DNA of 64,000 nucleotides, taken from assembly GCF_000143415.4 (NCBI RefSeq), contig NW_003314360.1, positions 298,435-362,434 on the forward strand, written 5' to 3'. Below the pieces are notes generated by a model. That model had not been told where the DNA came from, made no database searches, and saw nothing but the letters and a program-made list of their open reading frames with translations. How positions within the stretch are numbered: the first letter of the stretch is position 1; each line of letters opens with the position of its first letter. Below, piece after piece: positions 35,959 through 47,699 of the stretch. Source of the DNA: Selaginella moellendorffii (Eukaryota; Plantae; Lycopodiophyta). The translations under genes were made by a program, and so were the position numbers.

Positions 35959-37668
35959 ATGGATGTGGCTGCCGTTTTCTTCCCGCGCACCAGGATCACC
36001 GCCACCACCGAGCGACGTCGACGTTTTCTCCCACGGTGCGTATCTCCACAAGAGGATAGTGGAGTCCCCTCTCTATTGGCGGGCTTTGCTTCGTGTTTGG
36101 TCTCCCTCTTTGCAGCGGCTGCATTCTTACGGTTTTGTATCGTTGATCTCGGGGACGGATCCGGCACAGCGACAGTGAAAGGGTTTAGTCCCGTGCTTGT
36201 ACTCATCTTTATGTGGATGGTCAGCACGGCTTCACTCGTGGAGAAATGGATCCTTGACGACAACGCTAGAGGCAGGTTGGCGGCATACACATGCGCTTTC
36301 TCTGGGATTTTCCTGCTGGCGTCCGCCATGCTCGTCGTGCCATACTTACAGGAGCGTGATAGGAGAGTGTGGACAGCCATTTACTCAGTGACTACAGTTA
36401 TGGCGTGGCCGTCATTTGCGCTTCTCCGGAAGTCCCCAGAATTCTACCGGGTCACTGCCACAGCTGTCACATACGGGATGGCTCAGGTGGCACCGCTTGC
36501 TGTTCGTGGGTATTACAAGCTTCCATTCCCATGGAAGACGTCTTTTGCTTCTTATTCTCTTCTCTCCTTAGTTTCTTCGATTCTATGGGCGATCTACTCT
36601 GGAGTTGTGGAGAGATACATGGTACATATGGTTGGAGCTGCCCTGAGCATTGCTGTGAATGTTCTCTACCTCGCCTTCTACGTCAAGAAGCTGGTTGACT
36701 TTTTTGATTTGTTCCACGGTCTTTTGTTTTCTGCTCAAGTAGTTATATTTCGTATTTGGTAGTGAACTTTGTCCTTTAAATACATATATTAATAGAGTAT
36801 ATAGTTTTAGGTAAGTTCAGGTGATGGAGATCACAACGATGAGGCCGTTGTGGTGGTACTATTGTGTTGTTTCGTGCTTGGTGACTTTTGCATGCCATTT
36901 GTATTTCTACACGACCTATTTCACACTTGCTTCTCCAAAATTAATTTCTGCTCGTTGCCCTCGCCCAAGCTGTCATTCTATTGATTGTTACCGCTGGAAC
37001 TTCCACTATCTGAACAATTTTGAAGTTGGCGTCCAGTATTCTGCTATTAGATACTGGCATCTTGCATGCTTCACTCACACTTTATATGTTTTGCTGGCTC
37101 TTGGCTCTTTAACAGGAGGTAAAGCCCTTGAATTTTTTAATTTTATTTTCTTTCTTTAACTTTTCTTCATTCAGTTGTCATTGGAGTTCTTGCTTATTTC
37201 CATCATAAGTGGTGCATGCTGATCAGCTTTATTGTCGGAGCTATTAGTGCCACATTGATTCCTCTTGCACCACATTCCTCATTGTTCGTTGTATTGCAAG
37301 TTTTGTCAGCAATGGCACACTTTTGTGCGGGAATGACATCAATTTGCAGACTTGTTGAAGAGACTCCAGCACCTGGCTTCATTTATTTGAAAAGTCAGTA
37401 CGTACCAGGTTATAAGCCCAACGGGAATTTTGATCTAGATGGGGATGAAGCTTGCACAATAATGTCAGTATTAGGTATCATACCACTTACGGCATCCTGT
37501 TTCATCTCTTTGGTATACTTCCTCGTCCCAGCATATCGTTTTTATCCAGATTGGAAGTGGGGAAACAGGGCAGTAGCCTTGGTTGATGTTGTCTTGATAC
37601 TAGTGCTTGTAGCAGAAATGATAGCACTAGTTGATAAGTACATAATTAGAAGAGTTAATCATTCTTAG
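35959..37668 (+). CDS. Multi-pass membrane protein: divergent SWEET/MtN3-like N-terminal part joined to an OCT/MFS-like half transporter
   Basis: Predicted exons 35959-36693, 36821-37118 and 37175-37668 join in frame (~509 aa). Exon 1 has ~7 TM with SWEET-like spacing (KGFSPV; APL...LPFP...SILWAIYS...G.AL...LYLAFY). Exons 2-3 have C..W.F...S.I..W.L.C then LGSLTG.V.G.LA and LIPLAP....F..LQ, resembling plant organic cation transporter TM1-6. The first donor (GTTGAC) is weak. Confidence 0.6.
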
Positions 37669-39408
37669 TGCTTCTTTTTCAAAAATTACATTTTCTAGGC
37701 CTAATTATATGAAGAAAAAGTGTGTTTTTCAAGGAGATACATTAACAATTCTAAAGATTGCTCAATATTTTATCATGATACAATTATATTTTTCAAATTT
37801 ATATTTTTATAATAAATTTTATTCAACCACAACTCAAAATTATGGTCATTAAAAGAAAATATTCAGTGATGTTCAAGTTTTTCATGTAGCAATTGATTAA
37901 ATTTACTCAATTAATATTGCAACTAAAACAGCTATTTAGTGGACTTCCATATTTCTTTATATTATATTCTCTATACTAATATTAGCATAGTGGAATTTTG
38001 GTAGCCATCAGATTAGTTTCAATTCAGACAATTTGCTTTTGTATATAAACTAGGGTTTTTGGGCTAATTGATATGTACATTTTTTATATTCCCTTTCCAT
38101 ATTCTATGCACTCACATTAGTGGAGATAAGAGGCACTTTTAATTGTCCCTAAGAAGTGCTTAAATTTGGGAATTTAGTTTAAATTTAGCTTTTTCCATTT
38201 CCTTTATTTTGTTATTTCCTTTCGGGATTTTGGTTTAGATCTAACTTTTGCAGTGTCTAGATCTCTCTTCTAGCTTGTTTTTTTTAAATTTCTTTTCTTT
38301 TCCTCTTTCTTTTTTATTCATTTTCATGGTAGAATAATAGTCTCCTCCTCTTTTGACTCTAGAGCAGTAGTTAGTGTAATTGCTCAATGCTATGCAATTG
38401 CAGTTAAACAACCAAACTTAGTTGATGGCAGCATTTATAACATGTGGTATAACTCCTTCTGCTCTTGGTGCCAATTTTCACATTTAGCCAGAGTTATTTT
38501 ATGGGAATCTTAGGGATCATATGTATTATTGGTTCAATCATTTCATGGTGATTGCCACATATCATTCTTGGGATGATGTTTGATATGTGTATGTGTTTCT
38601 CACGTGTCTCCAAGGGACGGCATTGCAATAGTACAATGGTTCGAGTGTAGCCACTTATAAGGATTGGAGTATTTTCCCGGACATCTTCAAACGCATATTT
38701 GGATATGCTGATGATTGTGATGATGCCTTCCAACAATTGCATTGTCTTTGTTAAGGGCCATCTGAATCAGTGATGCAATTTGGTATTTGTTTTCGATGCC
38801 TCTTGCTTTGTGTGGAGCCAAATATGTCAGAGTAGATCAAGCTGGGAATGTTGTGGCCAACACTTTGTCAAGATTTTGTAAAACTTGAGCATGCACTTGT
38901 TTCAGGCACCCTTAACGATGCCTTTCATTGACACAATGTTATGAAACATTGCTTCTTCCACTTTTCATTGCACGTCCTTCAGCTCCACTTTTTGTGGAAG
39001 ATGGTTTTATTTCAATGGAAGTTGATGCTGCTGCTGCTCAAGTTCAAGGACGAGGGCGAGGACGTGGTTATGGCTGTGATGTTCACTACTAAGTGTGTGA
39101 TGAAGTTGGTCACATTTATCAGCGCTATCAGTTTTCTGGATTGGTGGCCTCCATTTCTTGAATGGAGACCTTAGTGTCAATATCATCCTGTTGTTGCTAT
39201 TGTAGTGGAAGGTTTGAATAGTGAGATGCATCTAGAAAATGAGGAATCGCATGAGTAACGAAGGGATCTTGCACAAATAAGTCAGTTACTCCTCCATCTT
39301 TTTTTTGGGAGTATCATCAAGAGGGTCACTCAACATCAGTTCATTCAGTATTTACTTTCCAAGCTTATTTTTATAATAAGAGGTCTCTTATTATTTTTTC
39401 CGCATTGG

Positions 39409-40001
39409 TGTAAGCAACCAAAGGGAACGACTTGAAAGACGATCCATAGGGTTCAAATATAGAGGGAAAGGGCCCATGAACAAGAGTGCACCCCCTTTTC
39501 CAATCGGTTAAGGGTCTTGGGATAGTTGGGGTTAAGCGTCCTTGGGTTTGAATAGTACTGGGCTGGGTGACCTCTCGGGAAGTCCAAACTCAGGAGCTTA
39601 CATTTGGTATCAGAGGGGTCTCGGGTCCGACTCTGTTGGTTGGCTAGGGGAATCACACCACATGTTGATTGACATCTGGCTGGTCCAGTTTGCTCCCGCT
39701 GGGCTCGACCCGAGGGGTAGGGTGTCAAGAGAGCGAGGCTCTCGGGAGAGCTGCGGCTCTCAGCTTCCGTTCACGAGGGCGTGAACTTGTAGGGAAGCGT
39801 GGTGGATTGTAAGCAACCAAAGGGAACGACTTGAAAGACGATCCATAGGGTTCAAATATAGAGGGAAAGGGCCCATGAACAAGAGTGCACCCCCTTTTCC
39901 AATCGGTTAAGGGTCTTGGGATAGTTGGGGTTAAGCGTCCTTGGGTTTGAATAGTACTGGGCTGGGTGACCTCTCGGGAAGTCCAAACTCAGGAGCTTAC
40001 A
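39409..40001 (+). mobile_element. Cassandra-type TRIM with 5S rRNA-derived LTRs, 593 bp, very recent
   Basis: Two 194-bp LTRs (39409-39602, 39808-40001) that read as identical, with TGTAAGC...GCTTACA termini. Met-tRNA PBS tggtatcagag at 39605, PPT agggaagcgtggtgga, perfect 5-bp TSD ATTGG, non-coding interior. Confidence 0.95.
39531..39585 (+). promoter_or_regulatory. 5S rRNA-derived Pol III internal promoter (A-box/IE/C-box) in the TRIM LTR; second copy at 39930-39984
   Basis: gttaagcgtccttgggtttgaatagtactgggctgggtgacctctcgggaagtcc aligns ungapped to the plant 5S core as I recall it (about 46/55 identities). The 5' part of 5S is absent. Confidence 0.85.
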
Positions 40002-43000
40002 ATTGGTTGATACAGGTTCGAGTTTATCTTTTATTGCTTGACCTATTGTTACACATTGCCATCTACATTTGCATTATGTAGTAGAGTTAGTTTTCATTAT
40101 GGCAACATCCGTACATATACATATGCATGGGATAAAGTGGACCTAGTTGTGTGTGTAGGCGATTTCGAGCTTGAATTGTAGTCATTGTGGGTGGTGTTAA
40201 GTCAAGCTTTTGACCTCATTCTCGGAATCAATTGATTGTAACACAATTATGTCAAGTGTAATTTTGAGGCTTTTCCCCTTTGTCTCATACTTCTTTATAG
40301 TTCATTATAAGGAACCAACTCCCTGAGGTGTCAAAGGCTAAAGGATCCCTGAAAGCACGACCAAAATGATAAAGAGTTCGTCGGATGAGATCGAGTCCGA
40401 GATTGAGTCCGAGACCGACTCTAAGACTAAGTTCGAAACTGAGTTCAAGACCGAGTCCGAGATCGAGTCCGAAACCAACTTTGAGATTGAGTTTGAGATC
40501 GATTCCGAGACGAAGTTTGAGACCGAGTCCAAGATCCGATATTGGGTCCGAGACCAAGTCCAAATTCGAGTCCGAGATCGAGTCTAGTTTGAATACTAAT
40601 ATAGGATATGCGGGCGTCCCAAAGCAAGTATTGCACCCAAGGCTTGGGATTTAGAGGGTCCTATGATCAAGTCTTATTATACCAAAGGATGTTAGGAACC
40701 TGGAGGCTTGGTGTGCTTGGCTACTTGTGCCTGCAGGGAGTGTAGCTGAACCTTAAGTCCAGTCTAACCCGGGGAGGGGGATTGGGAGAGACTTGGGAAT
40801 TCATGGATGCGTGGTTAATGCTCCGTTGCTCGTGTAGTGAGTATCTGAAACCAAGTAGGATCAAGTAGGAGCTGGTACAATAGGTGGGAATCTTGGCGAG
40901 AGAACTTAGCTAAAGCCAAGGCAGTGTTGGTCGGATAGACAAAGCAAGCTGGCAAATGGGAAAAGAAATTTTGTGGCTTACAATTTGGTATTGAAGCTTT
41001 TTCCTCAGTTTTAGCAAAGGATAGAGGCGGATTGCTGGGAAATGGCAAAGGCAGGGCATAAACAAACCAAGGCATAGATGGAACCTCCTCCAGAGCTAGA
41101 GCCTTTGGTTGAAAAAAAGGGTAGGAATCCTTATACGAGGAGGACTCTAGTGAGGAAACTTCCAAATAAGAGTCCAGTGGGAGGTTCGGTCATCCAAGGC
41201 TTGATTAGACATTCTAGAAGGGCAAATGGCATAGACCAATGCCCTGTTAGAGACTCTTGTACGCAAGTTAAAGTGTGACGAGAAGCAAAAGAAAAAGCGA
41301 AAGACTGCGAATGTTGGTAGCACAGAAAGTGCGGACCTTTTGGCAAAGACTAAGGCGGAACCAAACAAAGTCAAACAGACCGAAGTGGAATCAGTCCTTC
41401 AAACAATTCCCAAGTACCAAAACCCCCACTAGTCTTCAAAGGAGTGAATGACTATAAGGTGGTGGAAGATTGGTTTTACGATATAGAAGACTACTTTTAA
41501 ACATTGCGGTTACCAAGCTCGGACAAGGTCCCATGTGCAAAACCATATTTGGCAAATAATACCAAGTCTTGATGGAGAATGACAGAGGCCAATAAAGGAC
41601 TGGTGGCCACTTGGGAAATGATGAAAGCGAGGATTCGCGCGACTTACGTTCCTCCGAATGCTACTCTGCACCTAAAGGATGAGTTGAGTAGGTTGAAACA
41701 GACCGAAACCATTCAAGAGTATGTGAATGGGTTTATGGCAAAGAGGATACTTGTCACAGATATGGGCGATATAGATGCATTCCATGCTTTTATATTAGGC
41801 TTGCAAACTTGGACTTGAGGCGAGGTGATGTGTTGAAACTCAACCAACTACAAGGAAGCATTGGATGCGGCCATCAAGGTGCATTTCAATGATAACCTGT
41901 GAATGGGGAACACGATGGGGTCAGGGTCCACGTTTAGCAAAGGGGCCAAACCAAGGGGGACATATGGCAAGGGGAAATTTAAGAAGAGTTTATCTAAAAA
42001 TGAGTCCTTGGGGTTTCGAAAATACAGATTCAGTGGTCAGCAAATAAGTACATGGGTGAGTCAAGCAAAAAAAATAAACCCACAGATAAGAAGATCAAGT
42101 TTGTTAATAGTGTGGGAAACAATGTATGCTACAATTGTGGTGAAGTGGGACACTTTTCAAAGAAATGTCTATACCCGAAGAAGGCTAGAGCCAATATGGC
42201 CATTAAGTCGGGTGAAACCCAAATTGAAGTACGTGATTCAGTCCCTAACTCAAAGTTACTCATTAGATGACCAACTTTGGTAGAGAGTCATTCGTGACAT
42301 CTACTAGCCCTCCGAGGGAAACTCGAGGGTAGCTTTGTTAAGATCTTTATTGACACAGGTGCTTCAGATAATTTTACGGTTGTAGACATAGTCCGGCAAG
42401 CCAAACTAATGGTGCAGTGGTTGGGCGAACCAAGGACTATAGAGTTTATTCAAGGTAGCCAAAACACCGATGATGTACTTCGACAAGCAAGAGTTGAAGT
42501 AGGGATATGGAAAGTATATATGGATTTCACCGTGTTGGACATGGCGAGATTTGATGTAATCTTTGGGATAGATTGGTTCAATCGGTTCATGGTAGCTTTG
42601 CATGGACAAGGTATGAACCTTGTGGTATTGGTAAATGCCCGAAGAGAATGATCTAGGGTGAAGGCCCAAGATCTAAAGGTAGGGCAATGTAAGGCTAAAG
42701 ACTTCGACTTGAACCTGGTGTCCATGAAAGGACAACTCACTAAAGGAACCAAAGCAGCATTTCTATGCTTACTCTTGATGAGGAGTGACAAAAAGATGGG
42801 ATCAAAAGAAGCGCGTTTAGTGACCCAGGTAGTGTTGGACTAATTTCAAGATACCATGCCGGAGGAGTTACTGGCACGGTTACCCCCTGAACAACCAATA
42901 AAACATAAAATTGAGCTAGTCGAGGGTGTTAAGGTGGTGGTTCGTCCCCCTTATCAGTTGAACAAAATGAAACTCGAGGAGCTCAAACACCAACTTGAGG

Positions 43001-44772
43001 AATTGGTGGAAAAAGGGTATGTTAGGTTGAGCAAGTCACCATATGGTGTACTAGTGTTATTTGTGAAAAAGAAAGATGAATCTATGCGCATATGTATAGA
43101 CTACCGGTTGTTTAACAAGTATACAAAGAAGAACAAGTACCCTTTACCAAGGATTAGGGACTTGTTTGATAGGTTAGGAAAGGTGAAATACTTCTTGAGG
43201 ATCGACATAAGGTCAGAATATTACCAAATTAGGGTAATAGAGGAAGATGTTAAGAAGACAACCTGTTAGACAAGGTATGGAAACTTCGAGTTTTAGTGAT
43301 GCCCTTTGGGCTATGCAATGCACAAGCAATGTTCTTAGTGTTGATGAACCATATTTTTGTACCCTATCTAGATTATTTCGTGGTCATCTACAATAACGAC
43401 ATTTTGATCTATAGCAAAACGCTAGAGGAGCATGCCAAACACTTGACGAAGGTGTTTGAGAAACTAAGGGAACACTAACTGTATGCTAAAAAGAGCAAAT
43501 GTGACTTTGCTTAACAAAAGGTAAAATTTCTTGGGCATGTAGTGGGCAAGGACAGGCTTAAGGTGGACCTTGAAAAGGTCCAAGCGATCTAGGAATGGGA
43601 ACGACCATCAAATGTACACGAGTTAAGAACATTCTTGGGGTTATGCAACTACTACTGAAAATTTATCAAACACTATTTGAAAGTAACCCTACCTTTAATA
43701 GACTAAACGGGAAAAGGGAAGATGGTATGGATAGTGGAATGTAAAGTGGCATTTATCCACCTCAAAGGGAAGTTGAGGAAGGCTCCCGTATTAGTGTTAC
43801 CAGATTTTGGTAAGGACTTTGAAGTAAAAACGGATGCTTCAGACTTTGCATTGGGTGCAATGTTGAAACAAGACAACCATTTAGTAGCATTTTTCTCAAA
43901 GAAGTTGGACAAGGCTCAGTAAAAGTAACTTACCCATGAGAAGGAATTATTTGTGGCTCAGTAGAGTGCTTTGTGGTCAAGGAGCTCAAGGAGTGGCAAC
44001 ACCACCTTGGGAAACACTTCAAGGTTTACATGAACAATATGGCAATGAAACACTTATTGTCATAGCCTAACCTGAAAGGGAAATAGAGTCGGTGGGCCAA
44101 TGCTTTGGCTGAGTTTGGTTGTGAGATTTTCTATAAGTTTGGGAAGAGTAACATCGTGGCAGATGCACTAAGTCGAAAAGCAAGCTTGAAGTTGGCAATA
44201 TCCAGTGCAACAACAACCTTTTGGGATGATGTGCGGACAACATATGAGAATGATGGTCTAGCACAAGAAGTGTTGCTGAGGAACCTAGAGGTGCAAGAAG
44301 TTCACTAAAGAGGTGAGTTGCTAATAGAAGAAAAAATATGTTATGCAGAACGCAATGGACTCATTTATTATAAACAAACAAGGGTGTATATTCTAGAAGG
44401 GGAACTAAGGAAGGTAGCCTTAAAAGAGTGTCATGACGGACCTCTTGCGGGACACGGCAGAGTGCCCAAAACAATAGGCTTACTCAAGAGGAAGTATTAC
44501 TAGCCAGATATGGATAAGGACATCCAAGACTATGTAAAGACATGTCCAACATGTAAGCAGGTCAAAGCCATGACTAAGGCTAGTGGGGGCTTATTACAAA
44601 GCATCCTAATTCCAAATCATCCATAGAAATGTCTTATGATGGATTTCATCACGGGACTCCCCCCAAGTGAGGGGTTCGATACGATATTCATGGTGGTGGA
44701 CCAATTTTTAAAGATGGCACATTTCATACCCACCACAACAGAAGTGGATGCGGAAGGTGTGGCAAAGCTATT

Positions 44773-46395
44773 TGTAAGCGACTAAATTTTCCATTCTACT
44801 TTAGTCACTTAACCACACCTCTGACCACTTAGAGGAGTCTCACTCACAACCTCCATAAGTCCTATTTTAGACTTAGGGACTTGCTAGCCCCAAGAATGGC
44901 ATCCATGCCACTTAACCATTGCACTTGGTCCAAGTGCTCCACGTGTCCAATCCAATGACCAGCACCCTAAGGTACCACCGACATATCAGCCCGTTACGCT
45001 AAGGCCATGCCCATTCACCTTGGTTACACCGGTGGTCTGACACCACCTCCATCTCAGTCCCATCTCTCAAAGACTGGGCTATCCGTCCATGAGCAATCAT
45101 CCTAGATTCACTCCTTAGCATCCTTAGGATGCCTACAGACATGGGGAATAGCCTTCCCCAATATCGCTTTTCCGGTCCCCACCAAGTCCCTTTCTGCTCA
45201 TGGCCGTGTTTGCCAACACTGCCACTGGATCGAGGTGCACTGGCCCGACCACTAAGTCCCACGGTCCTCTGTATCCTTGGTCACTACACCAAAGGACTAC
45301 TCCTCTTCCTTTCCACAATCTAGGCCTTTGGGACAACATTTCGGAACACCATAGCCTTACGTGAGCCTCATAGGTACTCTCCCCACCTTCTTCCTTTGGG
45401 TGCTCTAGCCATAGGCTTAGAGCGAGGTTCCGTTGAGCCACACTAGGTATCCAAGTAGGTAGTGCCACCCACACTTGGACTGGGAGCATCGGCCAGTCGC
45501 TCTTCCGGGGGAACTAGAGCCAGCTCTTGAACACTTCACCAAGCTACCCCGCTTGTCGGTTTGTGTTCACTCTAGTCTTGGACTTCCCAGTGGGCAGCTC
45601 CTCACCCAACACTGGGTATAGCCTTCTTGGGCCAAATTGGCCTTTTCTGGCCAAACTGGCTTCACTGCAATCCTCCCCCTTACTATACTTTTGGAGCTCA
45701 CCAAACCCCCTAGGGTCTGGGAGACAAACGCTTTGGGCTTTCACCCTCTCAGACTTGAACTCGGACTTGGACTCGGACTCGGGTTCGGACTCGGACTCGG
45801 CCTCGGTCTCGGCCTCGGTCTCGGCCTCGGTCTCGGTCCCGATCTTGGTCGCGGTCTCGGTTGCGGTCTTGGTCCCGGTCTCGGTCTTGACCTCAGACTC
45901 CATCTCGGGTCTTTCTCGAACTCCATCTCGGATTCCATCTCGGGTCCATCTTGGACTCCATCGCAGGCTCCGTCTCGGTCCATCTCGGACTCCATCTCGG
46001 GTCCATCTCGGACTCCGTCTCAGTCCATCTTGGACTCCATCTCGGACTCCATCTTGGGTCCATCTCAGACTCCATCTTGAACTCTAACTTGGGTCCATCT
46101 TGGACTCCATCTCAGACTCCATCTCGGACTCCACCTTGGACTCCACCTCGGACTCCAACTTGGGTCCATCTCGGATTCCATCTCGAACACTTCCACGTGT
46201 CATGTGTTGGTCCTTTTGGGTCCCTTTTTGGAGCCTTGCTTATTGTTCGCTTCATGCTCGTTCCACTCCCGCTCTCGACCTTTCAAGTCGAAGCTTTTAG
46301 TCCAAACGTGTTATACTCGTTTGGCTTTCGCTTCGGCCACTACCATGTGGTGCCCTTTCAGCTTCACTTTGGGCCTTAGGGATTTGTGTCTCACA
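44773..46395. mobile_element. Element C: 1.6-kb solo LTR inserted in the integrase of element B
   Basis: TG...CA termini and perfect TSD CTATT (44768-44772, 46396-46400). Removal restores AKLFFEQVV. No internal coding domains. Confidence 0.9.
45750..46190. repeat. Tandem 6-mer (ctcggN) and 12-mer (ggactccatctc) minisatellite inside solo LTR C; a related array lies on the opposite strand in element B LTRs (40385-40585, 48600-48700)
   Basis: Direct reading of repeat units. Confidence 0.9.
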
Positions 46396-47025
46396 CTATT
46401 CTTCGAACAAGTGGTTTGAGTGCGGGGAAGGCTAGAGGAGATCATCTCAAATTGAGATAAAATCTTCACCAGTAGGTTCTAGAGAACTTTCCTGGAACAG
46501 TATCGCACCAAGTTGAAATTCAGCATAGCTTATCACCCACAGACAGATATTAGGTATTAAGTCAAGTTGGATGGCACTAACACTTCTTGACAGATGGACA
46601 AACGGAAAGGGTGAATAGGCAGCTGGAGGATTATTTGCGATGCTATGATTCCGGAGACTAGACTGATTAGGTAAGTCATTTAGAACTTGCGGAAATATGC
46701 TATAACAACTCACCACACTTGAGTATTGAGGTAGGTCCATGGGAAGTCATCAATGGGCGAGCTATTGAAGGTCCTATGGAACTCGGCATGTCTAAGTATC
46801 ATGGAGAGTTACCTGTAATGGAGGCATTTATGGCGGAAAGACTCAACATTTGAAATCTAGTGAGGGATTCCTTGGAACGGGCTCAACAAATGCAAACCAA
46901 GTATGCAAACCAGAAGTGCCGGGATGTAAAGTTCCAACCTAGGGAGAAGGTGTGGCTGAACACCAAGAATCTAAGGCTACCAATTGGGATCAGCTGGAAG
47001 TTGATCCAAAGGTAAATGCATGTAT

Positions 47026-47699
47026 TGTAGCGTATGTGATCATTGGGTGAGATTTGGATATATTGTCACTGTGGATCCTTGGAACATTGGGGGATAAAAT
47101 GGGGATAAAATAGCCACTAAGGGCTCTTTCACCAAACAATTGCCCCTTTTCCAGTTGACTTTAGGGGAGAGAGATAAGGTGTGCTACAGTTGGTATCGGA
47201 GCAAATGGCATGGGTTCAATTCCTATTGATTAGTGGCTACTTAAAATATAATATACCCTTAAGCAAGGTATATTCCTACCCCTAAATTTGAAATCATACT
47301 TATTGGGCATCCATACGTACATCCTTCCTCTTGTGTGGAGTATCCATGGACGAAGGTATCCACCGTGGGACTGCGGTACGGGTGGATGACTAGTTGCCTC
47401 ACATGGAATAGCTAGTCTACATAATGAAAGGATTGGTAGACTGAGTGCGGAAATGGAGGTGTTGGTTCCCCTTGGCTCAGTAGGGGTTGTTAGTTAATAG
47501 TCAATGAGGACATTGATATCTCTAAAGGGGGGGTGAGTATAGCGCATGTGATCATGGGATGAGATTTGGATATACTGTCACCATAGATCCTTGGAACTTT
47601 GGGGGATAAATGGGGATAAAATAATCATTAAGGGCTCTCTCACCAAGCAATTGCCCTTTTTCCAGTTGGCTTTAGGGGAGAGAGATAAGGTGCGTTACA
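47026..47699 (+). mobile_element. Element D: TRIM (674 bp), older, inserted in an intron-like sequence of element B
   Basis: LTRs 47026-47188 and 47538-47699, visibly diverged mostly by transitions. PBS tggtatcggagc at 47191, PPT aaagggggggtgag, TSD TGTAT. Confidence 0.92.

Noticed and set aside
39531-39585. Functional 5S rRNA gene
   Set aside because: Only the internal control region is present, embedded in LTRs. The 5' half and T-rich terminator are missing.
40285-40654. ORFs with (ES/ET)n, (GL)n and (RP)n repeats here and at 45527-46379 and 48552-48783
   Set aside because: They are translations of LTR minisatellites, open in several frames on both strands.
42056-42085. GTGAGT...CACAG candidate intron in gag
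   Set aside because: It is only 30 nt, in frame, has no branch point, and reads as normal Lys-rich gag.
42229-42266. GTACGT...CCTAAC...TTAG intron-like stretch between gag and protease of element B
   Set aside because: gag and protease are already in one frame if two TGA codons are read as deaminated CGA. Removing the stretch breaks the frame.
43953-43978. Extra sequence in RNase H of element B
   Set aside because: A tttgtgg duplication around a short filler with no splice signals, likely a repair footprint.
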